From NCBI GenBank assembly GCA_024346625.1, contig AP024667.1, positions 806,001 through 870,000 of the forward strand: DNA of 64,000 nt. The letters are read 5' to 3'. The stretch comes from Williopsis jadinii (taxonomy: Eukaryota). A model generated the notes under the pieces. That model saw nothing but the letters and a program-made list of their open reading frames with translations. It was not told the DNA's origin and ran no database searches. The first letter of the stretch is position 1. Every line of letters begins with the position of its first letter. The position numbers and the translations under genes are program-made. Shown here piece by piece: positions 22,368 to 33,936 of this stretch.

Positions 22368-23897
22368 ATGAGTTCAAGTAAGTAGTGCTGTGCTGATCGC
22401 AGTGGCTTGTGGGACATCTGCCCCGGTTAATGGTGTTGATAAAGCTCTGTCTAACTGTGAATCCTAGTTCGTGTGCTTGACCTTGTCAAGCCTTTTACAG
22501 GCTACCTCCCAGAGGTGATTGCGCCAGAGAGAAAGGTTCCATACAACCAGAAGCTCATGTGGACAGGTGTGACGCTGTTGATCTTCTTGGTGATGAGTGA
22601 GATCCCACTGTATGGTATTGCATCATCTGAGTCTTCAGATCCACTCTACTGGCTGAGAATGATGCTTGCGTCTAATAGAGGTACCCTCATGGAGTTGGGT
22701 ATCTCCCCTATTGTGTCTTCCAGTATGGTGTTCCAGCTCTTGCAAGGTACACAGCTCATCGATGTCAACATGGAGGACAAGAAGGATCGTGAGCTGTTCC
22801 AAACAGCTCAAAAGATGCTTGCCATCATGCTCTCCATCGGCCAAGCTACTGTGTATGTGCTCACTGGTATGTACGGAAGACCATCTGACCTTGGTATCGG
22901 TGTCTGTCTCCTTTTGATCCTTCAATTGGTGTTTGCCGGTGTCATTGTCATCCTCTTGGATGAAACTCTTCAAAAGGGTTACGGTTTGGGTTCTGGTACT
23001 TCCCTCTTTATGGCTACAAACATCTGCTCTGATATCTTCTGGAAAACCTTTGCCCCAACTACTGTGAACAGTGGTCGTGGTAAGGAGTTTGAAGGTTGTC
23101 TTGTCGCCTTCTTCCACTTGTTAGCTACTAAGAAGGATAAGAAGAGAGCCCTCGTTGAGGCGTTCTACAGACAAAACTTGCCAAACTTGTTCCAGTTGCT
23201 CTCAACTTTCTTCGTCTTCTTCCTCGTTGTCTACTTGCAAGGTTTCCGTTACGAAATCCCACTCAAATCTACCAGACAAAGAGGACCACACGGTTTGTAC
23301 CCAATCAAGTTGTTCTACACCTCAAACACTCCAATTATGTTGCAATCAGCTTTGACTTCCAACTACTTTATCGTGTCTCAAATGCTGTTCCAAAGATTCC
23401 CAAACAACCCAGTTATTCGTTTGCTCGGTGTTTGGACCGCTAACCCAGGTAGTTCTCAACTCTTTGCCACTAACGGTTTGGCTTACTACCTCCAGCCTCC
23501 TTTCTCTCTTGCTCAGGCTTTGTTGGACCCAGTCAAGACTGTGATCTATGTGACTTTTGTGCTTTCTCTCTGTGCCATTTTCTCAAAGACATGGATTGAG
23601 ATCTCTGGTACTTCTCCAAGAGACATTGCTAAGCAATTTAAGGAACAAGGTCTTGTCATTGCTGGTCATCGTGACACTTCTGTCTACAGAGAGTTGAAGA
23701 AGATCATCCCAACTGCTGCTGCCTTTGGTGGTGCTTGTATTGGTGCCCTCTCAGTTGGCTGTGACCTCTTGGGAACTTTGGGATCGGGTACTTCCATCTT
23801 GTTGGCTGTCACAACTATCTACAGTTATTACGAATTGGCTGCAAAGGAAGGTGGTTTCCAAAAACAAATTGTTGCTGGTTTCTCTGATATGATCTAA
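22368..23897 (+). CDS. SEC61: Translocon alpha subunit; exons 22368-22377 and 22468-23897
   Basis: [34 protein letters not shown]. The 90-nt intron (GTAAGT...TCTAAC...TAG) gives MSSIRVLDL. Confidence 0.97.
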
Positions 23898-24092
23898 GCT
23901 TAAATACATTTTGATTAGATGAATCAGTCAAAGAACAAACAGCATAAAACATGAAACCACTTCAAAGGGAACAAAACATGACTTGCATTGTCATCATCAC
24001 TATTCAATATACGAAAAGAAAAAACATAATCAATAAAACCGTTTAATCTACTTTTTGAAGCGATTGGAGACTGTTGCTGTCGAGTGTAAAAC

Positions 24093-25928
24093 TCACCATG
24101 TCAATACGTCGTCTTCTTCGCCACTTTGAACTTCATTTCTCCAAATACGTTGGATCCTCTCAAGATTATGACCTGCACTGGCAAGCCCAAGATTGTAACA
24201 CGCTTTCAAAAATATCTCCACCAATTGTCTATCCTTTTCATCAAGACACAATCCTCCGATCACACTAATCAACATGTGTAAATGTGTCATGCAGCAGTTT
24301 CTGTAATTGGGTTGAATCCTTAAAAATTCCAAATAACGTAAGGCCTTCTTAACCAACTCTTGAATGAATATCGAATTCTTTTCAAATAGCAACACTCTAT
24401 TAAGGAAAACCACACGTGCTGCAATTATATGTGTCTGATGTGCAATGTCAAACCAACTGAGTGTAACTTCATCACCTGAGGGAAACCTCACGGTATCAAT
24501 GGCATCAAATCCCTTGACCCGGTTATGTGATGGATGATTTGGATTTGAAGGTGGTATAATTCCTGATTTATCAATGATGAACATCTCCTCTAAATTATCC
24601 AACTGATTCGAAATGGAATGCCATTCTGTCAAGGTCAATACAGGAGGAACAATGTCACTATTTAGATGAGTCTTACCTTGGATCAACCCGTTATTCTCTA
24701 GTATACGAATCTTGTTCATGACTCGAATTATATCTCTAAATGCAATGTCCAATTGAATGATATGGCCATCAAGGTAATTGAACCCATGAACGTCAATCAT
24801 ATTGAGCCTTTTCAAGGAGTTGAGATACAATTCATCGTTTGTTATGAATCTTGAAAGCTCTTCGCCGTCTGCTTGGAAGATACCACCATATGGGTTAGTA
24901 ATGCCTGCTAGTATTTCATAAGAGGTTAGCCAGTTACGACAGAAGTTTAGAGTGTCGCTCTGTACCGTTGTCTTCTTGAGTAGCTCCTTTGCACCTTTCA
25001 AGTGTGCTCTCCATCTTGGATTCTTGTTAGAAGCACAATCTGTTGTCAATAGCAAAATGGTGAGTAGCATTGGCTCCACTTTCACCTGTATCAGGGTTTC
25101 ATCTTCAAAATTATCACTTAGAATGTTGAGACATGTAGATAAGTACGAGCAGTACGCTTGGTCATCTCTTATCTGCTGTGTCTGTCTATGCTGCGTCATG
25201 GCTCCACATGCGAGAATGGCATAGAGGAGGTAGGTCTCACGTCTGGCATAGTTGAACAGCACATCTCTCATTGGGTTGCTGTTCACATTCGGAGTGAAGG
25301 GGCACACCAGAGTGAAGAATTCGTTGTAATACCTCTTTAGGTACTCGCAATGTGGTTCACCGAGGTTGAACATCTCCAATGGGATGTCAAAGATCATATC
25401 CGTATCATCAGTGGTGAGCGGGAGGTTGTGAGTTGAGAGCTCAGTATTGAACGGGTTCGAAGACTCCTCGATATATGTCTTCAGGTTCGGCGTCAGCGCC
25501 TCTTCTAGCCTCCAGTTCACAAGATCATTAAGGTCATTATACACCAGATTGGCATCGTTGAATGAAAACGAAAACTGCGTCCCTTGTGCCTGTGATTGCG
25601 GGTCTGGTTCATCGCTTCTTCTCTGTGCCTTGGATCTGGTTGCCTTGTTCAGCTTCTCCCGCTCAATCTCCTCCTTCGACCGACGCTTCTTATTCTTCCT
25701 GTTCATGATGTAGATACACTCCCTTCCCAGCCTGGAGCACTGCCAGCAGCTCGGCTTGGTCTCGTCACACTTCATCCGGCGCTTCTTGCACTCAGTACAA
25801 CCGTTTCTCGAGTACTTCCTCTTGGACGAGTCACCGCCCTGTACCTGCTGCGAATCTTCTCCGTTCACGTATCCATCCGACGTCTCTGATGACTCCTTGG
25901 CCTCCATTGCGCTTGGTTGTCCTGTCAT
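24093..25928 (-). CDS. LYS14: Zn(II)2Cys6 transcription factor, Lys14 family
   Basis: KYSRNGCTECKKRRMKCDETKPSCWQCSRLGRECIY...KNKKRR closely matches the Lys14 cluster as I recall it, followed by a fungal TF domain. Start placed at the first ATG; the frame is open further upstream. Confidence 0.8.
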   Translation of the reverse strand: MTGQPSAMEAKESSETSDGYVNGEDSQQVQGGDSSKRKYSRNGCTECKKRRMKCDETKPSCWQCSRLGRECIYIMNRKNKKRRSKEEIEREKLNKATRSKAQRRSDEPDPQSQAQGTQFSFSFNDANLVYNDLNDLVNWRLEEALTPNLKTYIEESSNPFNTELSTHNLPLTTDDTDMIFDIPLEMFNLGEPHCEYLKRYYNEFFTLVCPFTPNVNSNPMRDVLFNYARRETYLLYAILACGAMTQHRQTQQIRDDQAYCSYLSTCLNILSDNFEDETLIQVKVEPMLLTILLLTTDCASNKNPRWRAHLKGAKELLKKTTVQSDTLNFCRNWLTSYEILAGITNPYGGIFQADGEELSRFITNDELYLNSLKRLNMIDVHGFNYLDGHIIQLDIAFRDIIRVMNKIRILENNGLIQGKTHLNSDIVPPVLTLTEWHSISNQLDNLEEMFIIDKSGIIPPSNPNHPSHNRVKGFDAIDTVRFPSGDEVTLSWFDIAHQTHIIAARVVFLNRVLLFEKNSIFIQELVKKALRYLEFLRIQPNYRNCCMTHLHMLISVIGGLCLDEKDRQLVEIFLKACYNLGLASAGHNLERIQRIWRNEVQSGEEDDVLTW

Positions 25929-26749
25929 AACAGTGAGCGTCTCATCAATAATAGCGCCCTTATCTTTCCAACCTTTGTTGTTGTTGTTGTTGTTTTTGAA
26001 GTTCGATCCGCCTGGTTTTGCTCTCAATCGGGCGGATTGCCGATTTGTGTCTGGGTCCTTTTCTGTCTCTACGGCAACACCACAGATCAGGACAAAATTG
26101 AAAACTCTCAGAGCACCGGGAAAGTGAGCACAACAACAGAAGCCGTTGCCCTTCTATAAGTATGAGTTGGATATCAATGAGAGGGCGTTATCTCTATGAG
26201 CATTCTGCCAAAGAAGGTGAGTCTGTGTTCTTTTTGCCTCGAAGGATCTGCTCTTCAAGAGGATAATTCCATGGGAATTATCTCTTTTAGTAGCAGTATC
26301 TGCTGCGTGTACCGATCTTGACAGGCTTATCCCATAAGGTGCAGCCAAAATGGCTTATCTGTATAGAGCTTTGGTCGATGACCTATGATAGTCCGGATAA
26401 AAGTAAGCGAAGCCTTCCGAGGCTATCGAAGAAGTTGATGCCATGCGGTGCGACTGTTTCATTTCGTTTATGGACTGGCCTTCTGAGGCAACTTAACACC
26501 CATACACTGCGTTATAATCTGGTGAAAACTACATGATCCAATGATAACGGCCACTGGATGTTTCCTTGGAGGACATATCTGTGCGTCCATGTCACTACCC
26601 GTGTGTCACTGGGCCTGACAAAGCAATGTAATCATAAATAATTGATAATGTGGTAAGTAGTTTCGGATATATACGCCTATGCAGCTCCGATTAATAGGAG
26701 CGTCGTGGAAGACGGCATCTGTTGTGGGAAGGACTGGTGGTTGACATAA

Positions 26750-28840
26750 TCACCAGACTTGCAGCTCCTCAAACAAGTCAACCCTTTGATAGCTCTTCTC
26801 AAAGGTTTGACCAACCAGCTTACGGATCTCATCAACCATCTTTGGTGGTCCACACGACATCACACAGATCGTCCCCTGGTTCTCCTGTGTGAACTCCGTC
26901 ACAAGAAGTTCCTTGAAGTTTGGTCTCTCATAATGGAAAGTGATGAACTGGGACAGTTGCTCAATGCACCCTTGGTACGTTGCTGATGGATCACTGTCAC
27001 TCGAACTGGAATGTTTCTCCTTTTCACTATCACTGGTGGCCTTCGACAACGCTCCAGTTATGTAGATATCGCACTTCATATTCAGGTTTTGCAATTGCAT
27101 CAGCTCCTTGTAGAACCACAGAATGGCCTCCGGGTTACGCACCGTCCATAATAACTTGATCTGCTGATTGGTGTTTCTCTTCGCTAGATCCACCGCATGG
27201 TAGTAAGGACCTGGAATACCATTTCCTCCTGCATACAGCAGAGCTGTATCGTACTTCTGCGTTGGAGCGTGATGGCCATATGGACCTTCAACACACACAC
27301 GCACGGTGGTGTTGCCACCAGCCTTGATACACTTGTTCTTGAGATACTTGGTCATGCCTCTCTTGGCCTTGATGTAGACTGTAATCTCGCCTTCTTTCAA
27401 CGCAGAATCGATGATGGTGAATGGATGCGACTGCCAGAACCCATACGAAGTTAGGAAGTAGAGATACGCAAATGAGCCTGGGAAAGAGTTGAAGAACTTT
27501 CCCTTCTGGATAGAGATCTTGAAGGTATCATCACTGATATATTGGACATTTGCGTCCCTGTAACCAAATGCTGCCATACGCAGAAGTCTCACGAGTCTGT
27601 CAAAGCACCAGAGGGCCATGGATGCGTAGATCCATTCCAGGTATCCAAAGTCATAACAATGCCACCAACACCCGACAATGAACAAAGCTGCAAGTATGAT
27701 GTGTAAAGTTAAGAATATTTCATACATATGCGCTCTGAAGACATGGAAAGCTTGCAACCAAAGGACACCTGCAATTGTCGTAGCAACAATACCCCATCTC
27801 CAATATCCCTCTGTCTCATAGTAGGACAGATAGCCACGATTAACTGCATATGCTGTCCAACAACAAGAATGAATCAAGGCATGAAGAAACATGAGTCTTG
27901 AAACCCACTTGTGGAACATGATGAATGATGTGTATGGTAACCCAGTCAATTTTATCAGTAAATTATTTCTTCCTGCAAACAGGATCAGCAGTGGAACAAG
28001 TCCAAAGGAAAGCAGCCCAGTACGGTCAGCAACGAGTATATTACGTTCGTCCACAGTTGTGTTGAAGATGGTAATAACATCATAGTGAACAGTTCCAAGT
28101 AGAACGTTCAGGCAAACAAAGAAGAATATGATAATTGTCTCCGAACGAGTTGGAACCAGCGTAGAGAATACTTTTAGGAAGACAGGCGCCTCCGTGTGAT
28201 GTTTGTTGAACAGTGAAGGAATAGAAACATGCTTTCTATACACGTTAATCCATTTGTTGTTCAGCGAGTTTTGGTAACCGAGTCTCTTCATGTAATTCAC
28301 TGCACCAACGATCAGGAAAACAAAGATGAAGTAGCAATAGAAGATACCTGCAAACATACTAGGCATATCCCAGTTATAGTATGTACTTTGGTAAAACTTG
28401 TAGTAAATCTGAGTTTCATTCTTTGGAATACTGAATGGTGCATGAAGAGAAGTACTTGTGAGGTTGATACCTTCAATAGATTCAATATAACTTGTTGCAT
28501 TCTCATATTGTTGTTGATAGTAATCTTCTGTGAAGTTTGAGCCAGTATAACGAGTACAGATTTGAACCATAGACATCAGTGTTTTTCTGAAGCTCTTGCT
28601 ATTCGCACCATGATAGTTTGCTGCACATGTAGTAATAGTACCTATTGCCGGTGGATAAAGACACATGGCTCCATAGTACCTAGCTGTCTTAGGAGGCGTA
28701 TAATCCCAAACAGCATCATCCATTGCTTCTTCACAGGAGTATACTGTCATTCTACCAACAGTACCCAACTTCTTGGTTTTCGAAGGGTTCGCAATAGCAT
28801 TGCATGTTAGGAAAAGTATCAAAGTCAACAGTTTCAACAT
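26750..28840 (-). CDS. Ferric/cupric reductase (FRE family), copy A
   Basis: Signal peptide, heme His pairs (FHKW..LHALIH; LHII..WWH), HPFT, EGPYG, AGGNG, CGPPKM, EELQVW; ATG at 28840. Confidence 0.95.
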   Translation of the reverse strand: MLKLLTLILFLTCNAIANPSKTKKLGTVGRMTVYSCEEAMDDAVWDYTPPKTARYYGAMCLYPPAIGTITTCAANYHGANSKSFRKTLMSMVQICTRYTGSNFTEDYYQQQYENATSYIESIEGINLTSTSLHAPFSIPKNETQIYYKFYQSTYYNWDMPSMFAGIFYCYFIFVFLIVGAVNYMKRLGYQNSLNNKWINVYRKHVSIPSLFNKHHTEAPVFLKVFSTLVPTRSETIIIFFFVCLNVLLGTVHYDVITIFNTTVDERNILVADRTGLLSFGLVPLLILFAGRNNLLIKLTGLPYTSFIMFHKWVSRLMFLHALIHSCCWTAYAVNRGYLSYYETEGYWRWGIVATTIAGVLWLQAFHVFRAHMYEIFLTLHIILAALFIVGCWWHCYDFGYLEWIYASMALWCFDRLVRLLRMAAFGYRDANVQYISDDTFKISIQKGKFFNSFPGSFAYLYFLTSYGFWQSHPFTIIDSALKEGEITVYIKAKRGMTKYLKNKCIKAGGNTTVRVCVEGPYGHHAPTQKYDTALLYAGGNGIPGPYYHAVDLAKRNTNQQIKLLWTVRNPEAILWFYKELMQLQNLNMKCDIYITGALSKATSDSEKEKHSSSSDSDPSATYQGCIEQLSQFITFHYERPNFKELLVTEFTQENQGTICVMSCGPPKMVDEIRKLVGQTFEKSYQRVDLFEELQVW

Positions 28841-31839
28841 GGCTGAGTTAGTGCACCAAGCCTTGAATGATTCTGGAGATCTTGGAAACACATATCATAA
28901 TAACTACAATAACAGGATACTTATTGCCTTTTATAATTGGAATCAGACTAAACATATTCACATCGTTAAATACTCTGATTACTGCCTTGAATAAAATACT
29001 TCAATGCATCAATCTGTATGGTTAAAACTTAACAATATTTTTCTCTTCGCCTTGTCTCTTCGTTAATCACGCTAATGTTGAGCCGTTTGACACGACGATC
29101 CATCGTGGTGCATATAACAGTTTTTGGGGTCTAGGGCTTTCTGCATATTTCAAAAGTAATGTCTAGCCGTTTGGCTCTCCCACGAATATCCCGATCTGCG
29201 CATTTGCCCTAGGATCTAAGTCCCTAGACCCAACATTGGTATTCAGGACTCACTCAGGGATTCACCACAAATAACGCATGTAGTACAATAACTCGGGACT
29301 GTCTTCTTGTAACGATATTCATGAGCACTTTCGTGAAACTTGCCGACCAGTATTGTCATCTTCTACCCTCTTCTTGAGGTTTTAATTCCCTTTGGCGAAA
29401 AAGAGAGGACAATCAAAGATCTCCACGGGTGACAACCTGTGTTAGCTTGGCCAAACAATATGTCAATCCAACACTACATGTATAAGTGCATACATCTATG
29501 GTCTCGACTCTTGAATTCATGTTTTTGATATCTGATAACCCAAGCTAACACATGCAATAAGGGCAAAATATATTATTGAGGTGTCTCAAATAATCACTCA
29601 CTAGGCTAGGTAGGATTATTTATTCATTTTGCAGTCCTACGTATCAGTGCTAGATGTTAGGATCTCACATCATAATGTGTTCATAATGCTGGTATTATTG
29701 TAATTTTGTTCATTTCATATTTTTATTGCAGTCATATAAATGTTCTTCAAACGCCTGTGTTTTTGTTTTGGTCAACTTTTACGCCTGATATGAGGTTCAT
29801 CATACTGAATTGTTGCGCTTATGACATGAGGTGCGATCTGGTAAGTTGAGACGATTGCTAAGCACGCACATGTAAATATATCAGGATCACTATGATCCCA
29901 AAAAACTGCATGTGTACAATTTAGGCTGAACATGAGACCCTCTATTGCTCTCTGGTGTCCTCTGGTGTCTGAGATCGTAAGTGTTGACTTTCTATTTTTT
30001 ACTCGTGGACTGTTAATTGTTCAAAAACTAATGTGCTTGAACCAACGGACGAGACCTTACTTGATAAGTAATCCTAATTTTAGATATTGAGTTTGATATA
30101 CTGTTAGTTGTTCATTAATTTCTCATAGAGCTGTATCAAAAAATTCTTCGAAGTATAAACTCAGTACATATTCATCAGCTCCTTTTTCATATTCATGTTA
30201 AGTTCAACTCTGATGTTATATGCGGTCAACGACTTGAGTAAGACATGTTTCTATTCTACTTCTAAGAGATTCTGGTGTATCCAAATATATATATTATAAT
30301 GAACAATAGCGGAATATTCATCTTCTCTTGCCTTTGCTGTCAAGGTGCTGAAATTTTTTACTTGACTAGATTTTACCTCAAATAAACAATCTTTAGGTAG
30401 CATACTCACAATAATTGACTTTTGAGTATGTCTAGCACTTTGGCGGTACCTTGAGCGGTAGAAATTGGTTTTGTATCACATATTTCAATGTTTCAACCGG
30501 GTGATGTATATCTATTCTACTACGTTTGTTCAACTTTGTCTCCGGAAGTCCAGGATATCTTATCACCTAAAAACTACAGCCCTCCATGAAGTATTATTGT
30601 TTATTTACTTATTAAATCCAAAACAACTAATAACTTACACTTGATCTCACGTGCAGAAACTCGAAGAGTCCTTTTATTTATGGCAGTACACTCGTTGAAC
30701 CCAACTTATGCTTCATCTTTGTTATCAAAAAGCAATTATGTGTGTGCCACTACTAGTAACCTCCAAATCAGTGTCTGGTGTACTATTTCCCCAGTTGATT
30801 AACCGTAAACCATCGGGTCAACATTGTCCCTGAGGCAAACACTTCTTAGATATCCGTCTATATAGTACATCTCAAAACTTAAACACGATGAGAAATGGGC
30901 TACTCAAGTTAGTTGGCTGGGTATTCAGTTTTTGGTAGTAAACATATATGTCCATTTATCTGATGGTCCTGATTGTATCTGCCACTAGACAAGCCCTTTA
31001 AACTCAACCACCTTTCATACATACCAGCAATTTTGTCCTTCATTCATGGTCAATAATGGTCTTGAGGCTCACAAATGTGTATATTATGAGAGCTTGCGGT
31101 TCCCTAAGTAGTTTCAGAGTTATCCACTCTCGCAATTACCATCTTAGAGCTACTTCACCTCAACTCCTCAATAATCTTTGTTTTTCATTTATGTCTCAGG
31201 TATTATTCCACTAGCATCTGGTGACAGTTTTTCAGTCCAAGTAATCAATAATGTAATCAATGATATAGTCTGCTCTCCAAAGTCCATCCCTAAGTGTATA
31301 AGCTTTTAATAGTAGCTCGTTCTCAACAGTTTTTAACGGTTTTCATGCACAATTATTCATGTTGCATAAGGCTGTGCACAACAAATTGAACCCTAAAATT
31401 GATTGCTGAGATTCAAAACTAACTCTAACGATGATAATTGATTGAACTTTGAAGCCGTCTAACAACTCTTCTTTTTTGTTGTTCCTGATAATAAAATAGA
31501 CGTTTACTAAAGAGAGCCATTAACCTTGAATTCATTTTTGTTTACTTTTGTCATTAGCGATTTCAAGATCCAGACATTGCTTATTTTCCCTGTTTCTGTG
31601 GCGACGGCCCCTTACGAGGCGCCCTACTGGGTGGTCAGTCGACTACAACACTGTCAGGTCCCCAAGATAACAGTGTGGTTCAAAGCGCAGTTCTCAGTTC
31701 GCTACAATCGTCTCTGATCTTGAGAAGGTCTGGCAATTGTGAGGACTACGACTACAACATTAAATGTTATTAACAGTTTATCAAATACTAGCATAAATAT
31801 GTATAGATATAATAACAGGAGTAGTTATTAATTGCCAGT

Positions 31840-33936
31840 TTACCAGACTTGCAGCTCCTCAAACAAGTCAACCCTTTGATAGCTCTTCTCAAAGGTTTGA
31901 CCAACCAGCTTACGGATCTCATCAACCATCTTTGGTGGTCCACACGACATCACACAGATCGTCCCCTGGTTCTCCTGTGTGAACTCCGTCACAAGAAGTT
32001 CCTTGAAGTTTGGTCTCTCATAATGGAAAGTGATGAATTGGGACAGTTGCTCAATGCACCCTTGGTACGTTGCTGACGGATCACTGTCACTCGAACTGGA
32101 ATGTTTCTCCTTTTCACTATCACTGGTGGCCTTCGACAACGCTCCAGTTATGTAGATATCGCACTTCACATTCAGGTTTTGCAATTGCATCAGCTCCTTG
32201 TAGAACCACAGAATGGCCTCCGGGTTACGCACCGTCCATAACAACTTGATCTGTTGCTTGGTGTTTCTCTTCGCAAGATCCACCGCATGGTAGTAAGGAC
32301 CTGGAATACCATTTCCTCCGGCATACAGCAGAGCTGTGTCGTACTTCTGCGTTGGAGCGTGATGGCCATATGGACCTTCAACACACACACGCATGGTGGT
32401 GTTGCCACCAGCCTTGATACACTTGTTCTTGAGATACTTGGTCATGCCTCTCTTCGCCTTGATGTAGACTGTAATCTCACCCTCTTTCAACGCAGAATCG
32501 ATGATGGTGAATGGATGCGACTGCCAGAACCCATACGGAGTTAGGAAGTAGAGATACGCAAATGAGCCTGGGAAAGAGTTGAAGAACTTTCCCTTCTGGA
32601 TAGAGATCTTGAAGGTATCATCACTGATATATTGGACATTTGCGTCCCTGTAACCAAATGCTGCCATACGCAGAAGTCTCACAAGTCTGTCAAAGCACCA
32701 GAGGGCCATGGATGCGTAGATCCATTCCAGGTATCCAAAGTCATAACAATGCCACCAACACCCGACAATGAACAAAGCTGCGAAGATAATATGAATAATT
32801 AAGAAGATCTCATAAACTTTGGCTCTGAAAACATGGAAAGCTTGAAACCAAAGAAGACCAGCAAGGATTGTAGCAACAATACCCCATATCCAATACCGTT
32901 GTGAAGCATAATAACTTAAATATCCATAATGAACACCGTATGCTGTCCAACAACAAGAATGAATCAAGGCATGAAGAAACATCAGTCTGGCAACCCACTT
33001 GTGGAACATGATGAACGATGTATATGGAAGACCGGTTAGCTGAATCAGGAAGTTGTTTCTTCCAGCAAAAAGAATCAGGAGTGGGACCAAGCCAAATGAT
33101 AGCAGCCCTGTACGATCTGCAACCAAGATAGTAAGCTGAACGTAGCGACTATTGTATGTGGTGAGGACATCATAGTGAACAGTTCCAAGCAGAATATTCA
33201 AACAAATAAAGAAGAATATGATAATCGTCTCCGAACGAGTTGGAACCAACGTAGAGAAGACTTTTAGGAATACCGGGGCCTCTGTATGATGGTTGTTGAA
33301 CAATGCAGGAATGGAAACATACTTTCTATACATGTTAATCCATTTGTTGTTCAAAGAGTTTTGGTAACCGAGTCTCTTCATGTAATTCACTGCTCCAACG
33401 ATCAGGAAAACAAAGATGAAGTAGCAATAGAAGATACCTGCAAACATACTAGGCATATCCCAGTTATAGTACACACTCTGATAATACTTGTAGTAAACCT
33501 GGGTCTCATTCTTTGGAATACTGAATGGAGAGTATATGTATGTGCTGGTAAGGTTAACACCTTCAATCGACTCAAGATAATTGGTTGCGTTTGCATATTG
33601 ATCAAAGTAATAGTCCTTCCCATAATGCGAACCACCATAAAGAGCACAGATATCAACCATCGCCTTGATCGTACCATTGAAGTTCTTTGAGTACGCCCCG
33701 AAAAAGTTTGCTGCACAGACTGTCATAGTACCGATTGCTGGTGGATACAAACAATAAGAACCGTAGTATTCAGCTTCCTCTGGTGGAACGTAATCATACA
33801 GAGCATCCTCCATACCTTCCATACATGAGTACAAACACATTCTACCAGGTGTTCCAAGTTTTTCAGTCTTACTTGGGCCAGCGAGAACAACCTCTGCTGC
33901 CATTAGCAGAAGACTTAAAGCCCATGTCCCTCTCAT
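31840..33936 (-). CDS. Ferric/cupric reductase (FRE family), copy B
   Basis: Same motifs; colinear with copy A at an offset of 5090 bp. Confidence 0.95.
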   Translation of the reverse strand: MRGTWALSLLLMAAEVVLAGPSKTEKLGTPGRMCLYSCMEGMEDALYDYVPPEEAEYYGSYCLYPPAIGTMTVCAANFFGAYSKNFNGTIKAMVDICALYGGSHYGKDYYFDQYANATNYLESIEGVNLTSTYIYSPFSIPKNETQVYYKYYQSVYYNWDMPSMFAGIFYCYFIFVFLIVGAVNYMKRLGYQNSLNNKWINMYRKYVSIPALFNNHHTEAPVFLKVFSTLVPTRSETIIIFFFICLNILLGTVHYDVLTTYNSRYVQLTILVADRTGLLSFGLVPLLILFAGRNNFLIQLTGLPYTSFIMFHKWVARLMFLHALIHSCCWTAYGVHYGYLSYYASQRYWIWGIVATILAGLLWFQAFHVFRAKVYEIFLIIHIIFAALFIVGCWWHCYDFGYLEWIYASMALWCFDRLVRLLRMAAFGYRDANVQYISDDTFKISIQKGKFFNSFPGSFAYLYFLTPYGFWQSHPFTIIDSALKEGEITVYIKAKRGMTKYLKNKCIKAGGNTTMRVCVEGPYGHHAPTQKYDTALLYAGGNGIPGPYYHAVDLAKRNTKQQIKLLWTVRNPEAILWFYKELMQLQNLNVKCDIYITGALSKATSDSEKEKHSSSSDSDPSATYQGCIEQLSQFITFHYERPNFKELLVTEFTQENQGTICVMSCGPPKMVDEIRKLVGQTFEKSYQRVDLFEELQVW

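Noticed and set aside
31640..31700. TPP-riboswitch-like CTGAGA...TTGAACC (minus strand), SRP-like GTCAGGTCC (plus strand), hammerhead-like CTGA
   Set aside because: The remaining conserved cores (TGAT...GATAAT..CG; GNRA/AGCAG; GAAA) are absent.
31360..31759. Solo LTR bounded by TGTTG...CAACA
   Set aside because: No matching target-site duplication and no second copy in the window.
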